Shown here: in pieces, positions 12,667-26,513 of the stretch
Position numbering within the stretch: the first letter of the stretch is position 1
How the letters are laid out: each line of letters starts with the position of its first letter
Assembly: GCF_001194135.2 (NCBI RefSeq)
Contig: NC_069001.1
Location: forward strand, 29,497,830 to 29,561,829
Direction of reading: 5' to 3'
Origin: Octopus bimaculoides
Taxonomy: Eukaryota
Length of the DNA: 64,000 nucleotides
Notes under the pieces: generated by a model
The model's database searches: none
What the model was told of the DNA's origin: nothing
Seen by the model: only the letters and a program-made list of their open reading frames with translations
Made by a program: the position numbers and the translations under genes

Positions 12667-14199
12667 CATCCCATTATGAACGTAGTAGAGTAGAAAATAG
12701 AGCTCGTTCAACTTTAAAATTACAAAATAGCTGGTAGTACTACGTTATATTTCCAGGTCTATGTTTAGCCATTCATCAGGGGTGAAAATAAAATTGAATA
12801 AAATATAGTCAATAAGGAGTACGGTTAGACAGCTATTTCAAGCTATGTTATAGATTCTACACATATTTCGATCCAACATAAATTCACATATACAGATGAT
12901 TTAGATTAAGCAACGGTTTACCCGTATAATGCGATCCAGTTGTATCTCCTCATGTGATATACAATTACTGTCTCATTTGTAAACCTTTGATTTCGATGAT
13001 AAAACATCCAAGTGACTCGTTTGATATCTAGTAGATGCGGGCAGTTCCATTCCGCTCGCTGTCAACGTGCTTCTGCACGCTGGACATTTTCCTGCATTAA
13101 AGGGAATAAATAGTGCAGTCTTACAACATTACAATCGGAAGGAAAATACTGGATATTCATAATCAAAATCTCCTTTAACTGATGTTTGATTTCTGAACTG
13201 AGAATACCGAATGAAAACCGTATTATCACGAAAATTAATCCGGTTATTACCATGGTAGAAATGTCAAAAATATGTTCTTAGCATATCGTTTCTTGGGAAC
13301 AAAAAAACAAACAAACAAGAAATGAAATAGATGAGATATAATACGTAACGCTGTCCTAACTTTAGAAAACAATTTGTATCTTACTTTTGAATCAACGGTT
13401 TTACCATGACAATGCAGGATCGGATCTGAACAGGGCTAGGAGAATACAATAACCTTCATTCGAACAATGATATATTTATTACATTTAACTCTGATGAGAT
13501 TTCCCATGGAAAATAACATGAATTGCGGCATTTATAATAATATTAACCATGATGTAAAATGAAAGAGATATTTATATGTGTAATGAATTGCACTAATGAA
13601 GATAAAGTATGAATATTAACACAGCATAATATACATGCTTTCATTTCTAGACAAGAGGAAATTGGGAAAGTCTTTTCCTTGGATGCCTCTTACCTTCTGC
13701 AGTGCAAATAAAGTATCTTAAACTTAATGAAAATATTAACATTCTTTCATTTCGTCTCTATATTGTTTCTCTATCTCGCATTTGGTTCATTACTTACTGA
13801 CGGACAGGTAATATTTCTTTATATGTCTACCTCATAATTACGTACTCTCAGTCCAGAACAAGAGGTGATTAACATACATTGATACAAATATTAAATTAGA
13901 CATCAACGGAAGTTCGCTCAACGTTCCATTATTTGCAGTGCGAAGTAATTTGCTGAGAAACCAACGTCCAACGTCGTATAAGGAATTATTATGCTGAAAC
14001 ATTGTATTACATATCAGAAGAATTTAAAGTTACTCAAGACAAACCGCTTTTTACTGATACCAAACAAATGTAAAGACGAGACTCTTTTCGGTGAAGAATA
14101 AAATATTCATCCGTATTTTTAAGTATAAATGTATAAATAGTTATCAAAACAAGGTTATAGACACACACATGCACTTACAGAATGTAAGATTTATAACTT

Positions 14200-14402
14200 G
14201 GGCGCCCGGAACACTTCAGGTTCAGTGGGCTCCTAATGTACCGAATTAAAATCCATGTACCGAATTAAATCCATTTTATCGATCTCCAAAATGGATGAAA
14301 GTTAAAGTCGACTTCGACGGAATTTGAACTCAGACCGTAACGACGGACGCAGCGCCGCTAAGCATTTTAACCGGGGTGTTAACGATTCTACCAGTTCACC
14401 GG
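14200..14402 (-). mobile_element. SINE family 2
   Basis: gtcgacttcgacggaatttgaactcag…ccgctaagcatttt…aacgattctaccagttcacc signature. Confidence 0.75.
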
Positions 14403-14559
14403 TTTTGTCTATGACTGTAATATTAACCTACATTTAGATACATACGATCGCCTTCTTTTACGCTTCATTATGTGCGCCTACTGTCTCTTTGCATGTGTAC
14501 CTGTATTAGTATTCGTGCTTATAGTGTTACCTGTTGTTTTGATACGTTGATTTTATTAC

Positions 14560-14990
14560 TGAACGTAATGCGATGTATGTATGCTGACAAAACTACTGTA
14601 AATCTCGTAAGGTATTCTTGCTCTAGGCTCGAAGATCGTAGTCATAAATGATTACTCCATCTGCTTCCATTGTTGAATGTATTATAGAACTTGATGTTGC
14701 TGGGGATGAAATCCGTGTCATAAAGAGATATTGTGTATGTTCCCATGCTTTTTGTTTGACATATTCTCCTCCAGGTTGATAACTCTTCTATTCACTTACC
14801 GTTTATATTCCTTTCCCTTTTGCTGGAGTCATATTGTGCTTCATCTCTATACACGAACACCCAACGGCAGCAGCAAATGCTTCATTAATTCCGGCAGGAT
14901 TCATTGATACTTCTTTGCTGTACTTGCTCAAAGCGGTAAGTAGTTATTGATCTCGTTACTGATGCTAATAATAATGTTGATTTTTGCGTA
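14560..14990 (-). pseudogene. Possible highly decayed LINE (RTE-like) RT C-terminal fragment
   Basis: Broken peptides LSKYSKEVSMN and NINGK*IEEL resemble the end of RTE RT domains; many stops and frameshifts. Confidence 0.25.
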
Positions 14991-15172
14991 CGGCATTAGC
15001 ACTACTCATTCTGACAGAAACTTCTGTTACTAATTTCTGCGTGGTTCTGATATCATGAAGAAAACTGTGAATTGCAAAGTAATTGATGTAATATAGATTT
15101 GCCCGCTTCGGAAATTAAGTTCTTAGTACTACAAGTTATATTGAACGTTTATTTGGGCTTTGTTTAACTGAT

Positions 15173-15222
<50 letters not shown>

Positions 15223-16034
15223 NNNNNNNNNNNNNNNNNNNNNNNNNNNNNNNNNNNNNNNNNNNNNNNNNNNNNNNNNNNNNNNNATATATGTACGCAC
15301 ACACACCCACACACGTATATTCATTAATCAATTTAATATTTATATGAGTGATGTATGAGGTCTTACTGTGATTTTTGAAGTTCTAGCATTATGGTGACAT
15401 GAATAATTTCAAAGATTTATAATGTCTCCCATTGGGACGTGTTGATTTAACTATTTGTAACAATGAATAATTACTTTTAATGCGGTCAGATGCCATGCAA
15501 ATTAGGAGAGGGTTTCAATCAATACCATAGGCTCTAGTAATTAAATAACTTATTAGTTTTTCTTGACCTGGAAAAGATGAAACATACAATAGACGTCAGC
15601 AGCATTTGAACGCAGAACTTATCGAGTTTCAAGAAATGTTGCCAGACTGCTCCGGACGTTTACGTTCGAATATAACATCTATTTTAGCGATCATTTCGAT
15701 TGGTATCAATTTTGAATACATACTCACATGCAGAATGGAAAAGACTCGTGAATTTTACAGGGATTTTGCGATTATCAGAACATAGAGACAAATTATATCT
15801 CAGGTGGTAAACTTTGCTAGATAGATTCAACGGATGGGACTTCGCTACAGCCAGCAATAAGGATTAAAGAGATTATGCATAGCAATATATTTATAACCCA
15901 TCAACATTAATACTTTACTCGAGCGTGAAGTAGAAACCAAATTGACAAGAACATCTCCAGTGGGGTAGATCCTAAATCCAAGATGTTGTAAAGTGAAATG
16001 AATCACAGTTACATTTGTACTGACGAAGGAATAT

Positions 16035-16240
16035 GAAGTTAGCAAACCGGGTAAAATGCCTTGTAGTATTTCGTCCGTCTTTACGTTCTGAATTAAAATT
16101 CCGCCGAGGTCGATTTTGCCTTTCATCATTTCGGGGTCGATGAAATAAGTAGCAGTAAAATACTAGGATCGATGTAATCGATTTAATTACTTATCCCAAA
16201 TTTGAAGCCCTGTGCTTCCAGTGGAAAGTATTATTAAGAC
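16035..16240 (+). mobile_element. SINE family 2
   Basis: tttcgtccgtctttacgttctgaattaaaattccgccgaggtcgattttgcctttcatcatttcggggtcgat. Confidence 0.8.
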
Positions 16241-16282
16241 GTAATCACGTCATGTACCTTTAATAGAAAGGATTATCTTCAT

Positions 16283-16550
16283 ACAATAGGCGGCGAGCTG
16301 GGCACAATAGGCGGGGAGCTGGGTACAATAGGCGGCGAGCTGTGCAGAATAGGCGGCGAGCTAGTAGAATATTTACAATGCCTTGTAAAATGCGCTCTGA
16401 GTTCAAATTCCGCTGTGGTTAACTTTACCTTCCATTCTTTCGGGGTCAACAAAGCAAGTACCAGTTGAGCACTGGAATCGACTCAATCGACTTACCCCCG
16501 CTCAAAATTGATGGCTTTGTCGCCGCAATGCTTGGAAGTATTATTAAGAC
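16283..16550 (+). mobile_element. SINE family 2 with 4 x 21-bp tandem reiteration of its 5' end
   Basis: Units (a[c/g]aataggcggcgagct…) at 16283, 16304, 16325 and 16346, then normal body ctgagttcaaattccgctgtgg…cggggtcaac. Confidence 0.8.
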
Positions 16551-16602
16551 ACCATTAATTCAAAACATAGATGTTCAGCTAAAGGTGAAGTATGATAAAA
16601 AT

Positions 16603-16813
16603 ATTCTTTTCTACTCTAGGCACAAGGCCTGAAATTTTTGGGAAGGTGGCCAGTCGATCAGATTGACCCCAGCACGCAACTGGTTCTTAATGTATCGAAC
16701 CCGAAAGGGAAAGTCGACCTCGGCGGAATTTGAACTCAGAACATAAAAACAGACGAAATAACGCTAAACATTTCGCCTGGCGTGCTAACGTTTCTAACCG
16801 TTCGCCGCCTTAA
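16603..16813 (-). mobile_element. SINE family 2 with 12-bp TSD
   Basis: Full body; tatgataaaaat at 16591-16602 and 16814-16825. Confidence 0.85.
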
Positions 16814-17158
16814 TATGATAAAAATTTTACTAATTGTCATATTTCTCTAGCAAAGAAAAGTGTACATACCGAATCCAAGATGTTGGAAACCGTATTTATT
16901 TACAATTGTATACTTTTACTTGCGAATGAAACGAAGACTTTTATTAGTATAATTATTCAAACACCATTAATTCAAAATGCAGGCGTTGGACTACAGTTGA
17001 AGTGTGATCATAATTATACTAATGGTCTTATTTCTATGACAATATTTTCCTCTCACATTCAATACTACTGTTACCATGTTTTTCATCAAGATTGAATTGC
17101 TGCATTTGTTGTGGCGATGTTTTAAATTCTAATTCTACTACTTCATTTCGGTTTATTA

Positions 17159-17189
<31 letters not shown>

Positions 17190-18144
17190 TGTGTTTCTGT
17201 GTGTTGCTGTGACGTTTTAAAGAATATTCTACAAATTTGAAAGAATCATAAAATGACATCACAGAAGAAAGTAGGGGAAAAAAATTGATATCGAAGCAAA
17301 CCTTCAAAATGTATACGAATTTTGGATCACATATTTTCAGTTATTTTTTGCGCTATATTAGGATGTTTCAGCATAATATATGTCAGATTTTTTTCTGCTT
17401 TCAAAACAAATTCTAAAACGTAATAAATTCAATACAAATATCTATATGGGGAGAAATAAAATATAAACTAAAGCAAGTCAACATTTGCTGAATGTTTTTA
17501 AAAATATTACAGGAATAAGGTTTTAATATGATTATGAAAATGTATTCGTCTATCTATATATTTCCATCTCGTTCATTTGCTCGGTCTCTCTCTAAAAACA
17601 CATTGCATATATACAGACATGTATAAATGCACATTATATATTATATATATACGTCCTTGCAAATTCGGAATCTTCTTCTCTTAGTAACAATGTACCCTTT
17701 TTACTGCAAAAATAAACAGTTGCTAATGCAGGTGTGAGTTTTATCATCATTTAAAACTTTATCGACAAAATGTTACTGCTACCGTTTTTCGAAATCAAAG
17801 AACCTGATGACTTATGGAAAAAAAGAGGTTTATTTAGGGAATGCTGAGTAAATATGATGCAATTTAAGCTACAAAAATTCTGGAAGCCGCATAAAGATAT
17901 TTGCAAATTCTAAAGTGTAATATTATACCATCACTACCAGAGCCGCCGCCAGCAGCATCATCATCAATCATCATCTCCACCACTACCATTAATGTCTTCA
18001 TTTTCATCACCATAGTCGTCGTTGTCGAGAGGAGGTTATTCGGATTAAAATCTATTATTTAACACATGCATATATTTTACTAAGAGTGTTTTTGCATAGT
18101 TCATACGTTACTTTGGTATCATACCTTATATGACTGGAAATTAT

Positions 18145-18186
<42 letters not shown>

Positions 18187-19311
18187 TGTTACTATGTTTT
18201 TACCATTTAAATTTTAGTTTGTTGCTTTTTCAACCTAAATTTCTAACAAGATATATACGTCATAGTGTGGGATTCAAACCTTTCCGACTCGGACATACGG
18301 GTATTTATTGCAGTAATACAGTGAGCTAGAAAATTAACAATGTTAAACGACACAATATGAAACTAAACTGTTAGAAGCTGACACACTCATACGCCAATTC
18401 TACCATTTCCCTGAGTAACTTCTATTCACCTCATTATCAGATATAATAAAAAGCGATGTACAACTGACTCCAGACAGATTCACACTACGATTTCACCGCG
18501 TATTATTTATACGTTTTCGGAGGAAATAATCGCATTAAATACTAAAGAAATTAAAGTGGGGACTAAGAGGAGGTCAAATTTTCTGCACATGAAATGGTTT
18601 AACTGCTGGACATTTTGGAGTCTAGTTGTTCCTATTCAACGTTAAACTACTTCAGACATATTTGAGTTATATATTTCAATACATAAACTAAGACATTCGG
18701 TCAGCGATTCATAAAGTGAAGACATTCATACACTCAAAGAATCGGAAACGTTAACCATGGTGATGTAAGAGAGGAACTTGGAAATTGTCTCCTACTTGTG
18801 TGCATGCGAAAGTGTCGATGTATATGTATATATATATATATATGTGCGTGTGTTCGTGTATATACATATATATACATATATATATATGTGTGTGCGTGTG
18901 TTTGTGTATATATATATATATGNNNNNNNNNNNNNNNNNNNNNNNNNNNNNNNNNNNNNNNNNNNNNNNNNNNNNNNNNNNNNNNNNNNNNNNNNNNNNN
19001 NNNNNNNNNNNNNNNNNNNNNNNNNNNNNNNNNNNNNNNNNNNNNNNNNNNNNNNNNNNNNNNNNNNNNNNNNNNNNNNNNNNNNNNNNNNNNNNNNNNN
19101 NNNNNNNNNNNNNNNNNNNNNNNNNNNNNNNNNNNNNNNNNNNNNNNNNNNNNNNNNNNNNNNNNNNNNNNNNNNNNNNNNNNNNNNNNNNNNNNNNNNN
19201 NNNNNNNNNNNNNNNNNNNNNNNNNNNNNNNNNNNNNNNNNNNNNNNNNNNNNNNNNNNNNNNNNNNNNNNNNNNNNNNNNNNNNNNNNNNNNNNNNNNN
19301 NNNNNNNNNNN

Positions 19312-19362
<51 letters not shown>

Positions 19363-20304
19363 GTATTTATCTATCTAACACACACACACACACACATATA
19401 GAAATATACATGTATATATATATATATACATATATACATACATACATGTATATAGAGATTTATATACAAACACACACACACATATATATATACATATGTT
19501 TGATATATATGCGTGTGTGTAGTATAAGTAAGTTTTCACAAACACGTATATTCGTATCTGGTGCATCTAATGTATTTGTGCATGCATATACACATGCGTG
19601 TATGGATGCCTTTATGCATAGCCGTTGTCTATTCTGCATATGCTTCTGTTTGATGTGTCTGTAGGTGTAGAATAATCGTTAAAATATTTCCTCTCCATTT
19701 TCAAAGGTTTTAAACCACTGTGCTTCTAGAACAGTCTGAAGAATGAATGTGATTAGTGATGAATTAAGATGGCTAATCATACGTCTGCTCGTATCGCAGC
19801 ATGTGTTTTTCAATATAGATATTTAGACAAGCTGAAACGTTGTCGGTGTAAGCAAAAACTAAAATATGTGAGTGGGAAGAGACATTGTACAAGAAGAAGG
19901 AAAATTAGTCTCATACGTAGATGTAAAGAAATAGTGACAAATAGTGGTAAAGGTGAATGAAAATGTTTTAAGGTTGCAAATGACAGAATCACACCAATAT
20001 ATGGTTTCTAAAGAATAAAGAATATCTTTCAGAAGAAAGGAAAAGAAAGAATGAAAGACATGCTGACGGTGTGGGCAAATGAGAAAAAAACGTGATCATT
20101 GAATGTTAACGTAGGATAGAAGAAATGTTTGAACGTTTTGAAGCTTGGGAAAATTTGTAGTTGAACGCTAAATTTATATACAAAATTAAGTATTTCTTCA
20201 TAACATTTCATAAGATTTTGGATTAATATAGCTGGAAAAATCGACTTTATTTTCGATCTCTGAATAAATTATTGTAATCTTTAGAAGCATCCATTTATTT
20301 TGGT

Positions 20305-20706
20305 TCCAATTTTGCCACATGACCAGCAATTTCTTGGAATGGAGCAAATCGTTCACATCGACCACAGTGCTCAACAGATATTTATTTAATCGACCCCGAA
20401 GGGATGAAGGGCAAACAACTGTGGGTATAATTGAACCCAGAACGCTCGCTAACGATTCTACCAGCTCACTCGCCTTGCATCCATTTATATTGATTTAACA
20501 TTTTGGCACTAATCCAACAAATTCAGGGGAGTGGTTAAGTCGATTATATCGATATCAGTATTCCACTGGTACTTATTTAATCGATCCAGAAAGGATGAAT
20601 GGCAAAGCCCACATCGGCAGAATTTTAATTCAGAGCGTGAAGATGGATGAAATGCCGCTAAGCATTTTGTCCGGCGTGCTATTGAGTCTGCCGTTCCACC
20701 GCCTTT
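20305..20706 (-). mobile_element. Two head-to-tail SINE family 2 copies
   Basis: 20305-20478 and 20490-20706 both show atcgacccc/atcgatccagaaaggatgaa…cgct.agc…cgcctt. Confidence 0.75.
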
Positions 20707-22164
20707 AATCGACGTAGAGCATGCTTTTCATTTTCGCATGTTCGAAAAATATGCTGAGTGCCAAATATTGGTATAGTGTTTCCATGGAGGAAATTACTCT
20801 CATACACCGAATAGAAGTAAGGCGTGTGTATTCTGGCCCTCAATAAATTGATTATGTTGACGAGAGTTGAACCAATATTCACCGGTATCAAAATCGTAAC
20901 TAGAGATTACAGCTTCAACTTTGTTGAACGTAGCATTTTCTATTGTATTGTACATATAAGCGATCGTGCGGGCACACACATCCGCACATTTACCTCTCTC
21001 TCTCTCCCTCTGTCTTTTCTCTCTATCATATATATAAATATGTGTATGTGTGCGTCTGCACATATGAAATTATAAATGGTGACAACGAAGTTTCGGCCGG
21101 AACTTCGCAGTCTTTCGATACTAGTCTTGTCAATGAAATTGTACTCTATTCTCTACGGAATGTATTGAGTAGGCCTTCATGCAGCAACACTAATACGATA
21201 CAAATACGCCATTAATACAAACATACACACATACATTTATATACACACTATCATATATATGTGTATACACACATACACGTGCTCAACATACGGAATCTAA
21301 ACCTCTTTATACCAAACCCCAACTTGTCTACTATGATAACATACAGAGAAGGATAAATATCTATGAACAACATAAATGAAGCGAAGGCAGACCAGTAATA
21401 GTTGCGGCATGCCTTATTGAATCTGATCTGTGTACTCTATATATAAAATCATTATTTGTGGGCCAAGTATCTTCATGTGATTTATTCTAATGACATGTTT
21501 CGTTGTTGAAAATTTCTTTAGCTAGGATAAATACAATTTCGCTGATAACATTAGTCACATTTTCAAAACCTATGAGCGAATTACTGTAATACATATATCA
21601 ACACATGTCAGCTTTCTCTTCCGCAGATTTCTCACCATTTCTGTGATTTATTCTAATGATTGAAATTCATTATACTCTGGTTAGTACTGATAATTATTCA
21701 TATACCGAATAATATGAAAGAGGTTAATATAGGTGTCTCTTTTCAAAATATATCTAATCTGTATCCGTTGGTGTGTTGGAATATAGATAACACTTCCTCA
21801 TTTTTTAAGCCATTATCTATTGTAATAAATTCGTATTAATTGTGTTAGGCATATAAATATCAAGAACATCGTTTATCATTGCGCTGTCTCCTGAGAACAT
21901 GTTAATGTCTCATGAATCAAGAAATTACTTTATCGAAAAGTAGGTTTCTATCAGCTTTCATATTCGGTACATTTAGAAAAGACGATGTGATGCCGAAGAG
22001 TTAACATAATGAACATCTTTTCCATATATAAATATACGCAAATACTGATCATCCGTTGTCACTAAAGAGAGATACTATTAATAATTGTAATTGAAAAAAA
22101 CAAAACGAAAGAATAAAAGACCCATATAAGAGACCATACATAAAGCTTTCAGATTTTGAAATAT

Positions 22165-22665
22165 TAGCTTGAAATTTTGGCTGAAGGCCAAGAATTTCGG
22201 GGAAGGCAATAAATCGATTAAGTAAACTTCACCTCGGTGTTCAGCTGATACTTATTTCATCGACCACGAAATGATAAAAGGCAATACGCACCCATTTTGT
22301 CGGGGGCGTCAGCAATTCTGCCAGCTCACTACCTTAGGTTTTAAAATCATATTGGTTTCAAATTTTGGCAGAGGCCCAGCAAGCTTGCAGTAGGAGGTAA
22401 GCCGTTTAAATGAACCCCCAGTGTTCAAATGGAACTCATTTTACCGAACCCAAAATGATGAAAGGCCAAATCAACGTCAACGGAATTTGAAATCAGAAGG
22501 TGAGACGAGAAAACGGCTCTAAAGATTTTACCCTGTGCGATAAAGAGTCTGCCTAGTGACCGCCTTAGATTTGAAAATAATATTGACATAAAATTTTGGA
22601 CAAGACTAGAAAGTTTTGGGGGAGAGGATAAGTCGATTACATCAACCCCAGTGTTCAACTGTTAT
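22165..22665 (-). mobile_element. Cluster of about 3 head-to-tail SINE family 2 copies or fragments
   Basis: Repeated aaattttgg…ccagc…aagtcgatt…accccagtgttcaa motifs at ~22170, ~22360 and ~22595. Confidence 0.7.
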
Positions 22666-23243
22666 GTATTTTACCCACCTTAAGGGCATCAGGAAACTGA
22701 AGAACCGTTGCAATAAGTGTGTTAATCTGAAATGGAAATATGTTGAATAAAAGCATAATTAACTGATCCTCCTTTTTTTGTTTTATTGAAAGCCAGGAAT
22801 TTTTGAGTACCACACTCGTAAACGTATCACCATTCTTCTTTAGATAATGAGAACAGAAGTGTACAACAAGATAATAATTTGTTTTTCTAAAGTTTGAAAT
22901 AAGATGCTTCTGACTGTAAAATCAAGTAGAATATATTCGGGATAATACTGGGTACAAAAGAAAATGACAAGGATTCTAGATTGTGAATATAGGAAAATAC
23001 TTTAATTTTAACATCGTTAATAAGGCTGCAACCAATCAAAATGGCAGATAAAATTGCTATTGCACTTTTTTTTTTTTTTTTGCATAAGTACCGTCTCAAA
23101 AATCTGGAAGATATTTGTGCCACGTAAATGAAAGATTAAATATTTATTAAAACAAATCTATGTGTATCTCTCTCTCTCTTCCACCTATCTCTCTCTCTTT
23201 CTTCCACCTCTCTCTCTCTCTCTCCCCCCCTCTCTCTTGTCAT

Positions 23244-23650
23244 AGGCGCAGGAGTGGCTGTGTGGTAAGTAGCTTGCTTACCAAGCACATAGTTCCGTGT
23301 TCAGTCCCACTGGTGGCATCTTGGGCAAGTGTCTTCTATTATAGCCTCGGGCCGACCAACGCCTTCTGAGTGGACTTGGTAGACAGAAACTGAAAGAAGC
23401 CTGTCGTATATATGCATATATATATATATGTGTGTGTGCGGGGGGTGTATATGTTTGTGTCTGTGTCTCCCCAACATCACTTGACAACCGATGCTGGTGT
23501 GTTTACGTCCCCGTAACCTAGCGGTTCGGCAAAAGAGACTGATAGAATAAGCACTAGGCTTCCAAAGTATAAGTCCTGCGGTCGATTTGCTCGACTAAAG
23601 GTGGTGCTTCAGCATGGCCGCAGTCAAATTATTGAAACAAGTAAAAGAGT
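23244..23650 (+). mobile_element. SINE family 1, full length, with internal (TA)/(TG) spacer
   Basis: tRNA-like head ggcgcaggagtggctgtgtggtaag…gttcagtccc, core cttgggcaagtgtctt, microsatellite, 3' half. Confidence 0.85.
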
Positions 23651-24295
23651 ATATCAGAGATCCCATCATATTCCACGCTACATTTCATAATGTATACAAG
23701 TTGGTATTTTTCAAACTTAAGATTTTCAAGTATATTTCTCCTATTCAGAATGATTCGCAACCTTAGAATCAGAGAGAAATCCTATTATTTTCCATTTGAG
23801 CGTTCATACAATTTTAAGTACAAATATCGTCACACTACAATTTATATCAATATACATTGAAAAGATTCCTCAGCATTCCGCAATACCGTATTCGCTTTTA
23901 TTTAAGTGTTCCACTATCCCCACAGTCGTTTAAGAAAACTTTCTGTATTCTATAGTTCCAGATATTAAAAGAATGTCATTTATACGTATCATCTCTTACG
24001 TGTATTTTACACTGTGTTCAACATGAAATGGAATACTCAAAACATAGCCAAAAGCAACCTTACGTATTTGACTATATCAATCTATCTTCCCCAATTTATG
24101 CATTTATCTGTCGGTCTATAACTAATTCTATCTATCCATCCATCCATCCAGCTATGTATCTATCTATCCATCTATCTGTCTGTCTATCTCTTTTATACAC
24201 ACAAAAACACGCGCGCACACATTCACTCACTGAAACAACACGTATGAACACAAATACACGGATACGTACGCATACACAGCCCATCCATATATATA

Positions 24296-24639
24296 CAGGG
24301 TGATTCAAAAGTTGCCATACATAGGACCAATTTTTTTTTATATAAGAAACAGTTTATAGGAACAGTTTTGTTTTCATTTAACAGTCTCTATATGGTTACC
24401 GTTGTTTTTTATACACATTGCAATACGTTTACCCCACTCAATGTGAACTCGTTATAGCACATCTGGTGATACTTGTGCAAAGGAGTTGGTGATGCGTTTC
24501 TCCAAATGATTTACGTCTTTTATCTTTTCGCGATACACCATGCCTTTCATATGTCCCCAATTTCAAAATTCAAGAGCGGTCAGATTAGGGGATGTAGGGG
24601 ATCATATAAACTGTGTATGGAGACTGTTGAATCACCCTG
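24296..24639 (-). mobile_element. 344-bp Tc1/mariner deletion derivative (DD41D/rosa-like)
   Basis: 29-bp TIRs cagggtgattcaaaagttgccatacatag / cagggtgattcaacagtctccatacacag (4 mismatches), TA on both flanks; interior encodes SPTSPNLTALEF*NWGHMKGMVYREKIKDVNHLEKRITNSFAQVSPDVL*RVHIEWGKRIAMCIKNNGNHIETVK*. Confidence 0.88.
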
Positions 24640-25320
24640 TATATATATAAACGCATGCGCATAATCTAAGTATTTTTATATAAATGGGCGGCATATGATA
24701 AAACCTATGGTGTAGTAGATACCGACAAAGATGCACTAATTTTACGAACTATCATCACATACGTTTCATTATAGTTATTAATATATTTTACTCATCGATT
24801 TGTTTTCATAGCATCAAAGTCCAAGATATCAATATATACTCTGGTGTCAGTCTCATGCATTCAATTTACGAAATCTGTGCGCTAACAACTCACAGACGAT
24901 CTCATCATTGGGCCAATTTCACAGACACATACATTTGAATACATTCGAAATGCATATGATACAACAGCCGGAGATGTGTCTCCTGCATGTGAATTACAAC
25001 AACAAACAACTTAGTATGATAAGTCACGGCGAATAATATGTAGAATATATAAATCTAGATAATAAGTGAATAAATTTATCATCAATCAGATTATATTAAA
25101 GAAGCAGCAACTCCAAATTCAGACACGATTTGATCTCAGAATGTAAAGGAATATTATTAATAATATAAATATAGTCTCTGCGTTTAATGCATTTCGCTTA
25201 CTCTGGCAAACCGAATACTATCTCTTTTCCCCATGCACACAGAATGACCGTATATACATATATATATATGCAGACATACTCACATACACACGTCTATATG
25301 TATATATTCACATATATATT

Positions 25321-25370
<50 letters not shown>

Positions 25371-25584
25371 TATACAATCTATATCCGTATAAAGAAATTC
25401 ATGCATTTTGCACATATATATATATGCAGACATACTCACATACACACGTCTATATGTATATATTCACATATATATTTATGTGTGTATATATACATATACG
25501 ACTATATGTAGATACATCAAGAAATGCACAAATGTCGATACATAATTATACAAGTGTGTATATATGTATGAATGCATGCATATA

Positions 25585-25642
<58 letters not shown>

Positions 25643-26134
25643 TAGATAGATGGATGTATGTATGTACATATGCATGAAGTTACACAAGAACATATATGCA
25701 CATATATACACATGCATTGATTCTTAATAATTCGTTCGAGGATTCATTTTCATATCTACAAATGTTCATTTCTTTCATTACGAAACACTGCCGTCGAAGA
25801 GGCAGTAAAATTTCTTCTCTGCTGATTCTATTTCTGACATGGCTTGTTTGAAGATTCTTGTTATCTTTTATATCTTGTTTCTTCACACATCATTTACCTC
25901 CAACACCACGCCGTCACATTACATGTTCTGCCATGTTCTCTTTCGTATTCTATTCAATTTTCTGTCTACGCTTCTTGGAATCATTAAATACGCTAATTAT
26001 AAAGATACTGAATTCATTAGAAATAACACGTCACGAAAGAACTGGGCATTTGGGGATATATCAATAGTCTGAGCCAAACCGAAAGCACAGCAAAATTCTA
26101 ATTCTCATTTACGCATAAAGAGCTTATCTACTTA

Positions 26135-26167
<33 letters not shown>

Positions 26168-26478
26168 NNNNNNNNNNNNNNNNNNNNNNNNNNNNNNNNN
26201 NNNNNNNNNNNNNNNNNNNNNNNNNNNNNNNNNNNNNNNNNNNNNNNNNNNNNNNNNNNNNNNNNNNNNNNNNNNNNNNNNNNNNNNNNNNNNNNNNNNN
26301 NNNNNNNNNNNNNNNNNNNNNNNNNNNNNNNNNNNNNNNNNNNNNNNNNNNNNNNNNNNNNNNNNNNNNNNNNNNNNNNNNNNNNNNNNNNNNNNNNNNN
26401 NNNNNNNNNNNNNNTACATATCTATGTAAATATATAAGTGTATATATACGTGCGTGCGTATGAATCTATATGCATGCA

Positions 26479-26513
<35 letters not shown>

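Noticed and set aside
13035-13096. Minus-strand terminal-exon candidate KMSSVQKHVDSERNGTARIY*
   Set aside because: Only an acceptor and a short frame; no recognisable homology or partner exon.
14775-14935. Strong acceptor/donor pair on plus
   Set aside because: All three frames contain stops within the segment; a non-coding exon is not excluded, but there is no support.
21086-21107. 22-bp near-perfect palindrome cgaagtttcggccggaacttcg
   Set aside because: Isolated and short; no hammerhead core or TE context.
25246-25495. ~85-bp tandem duplication in TA/CA-rich DNA
   Set aside because: Low-complexity slippage or assembly duplication; ORF 25187-25645 is an artefact of it.
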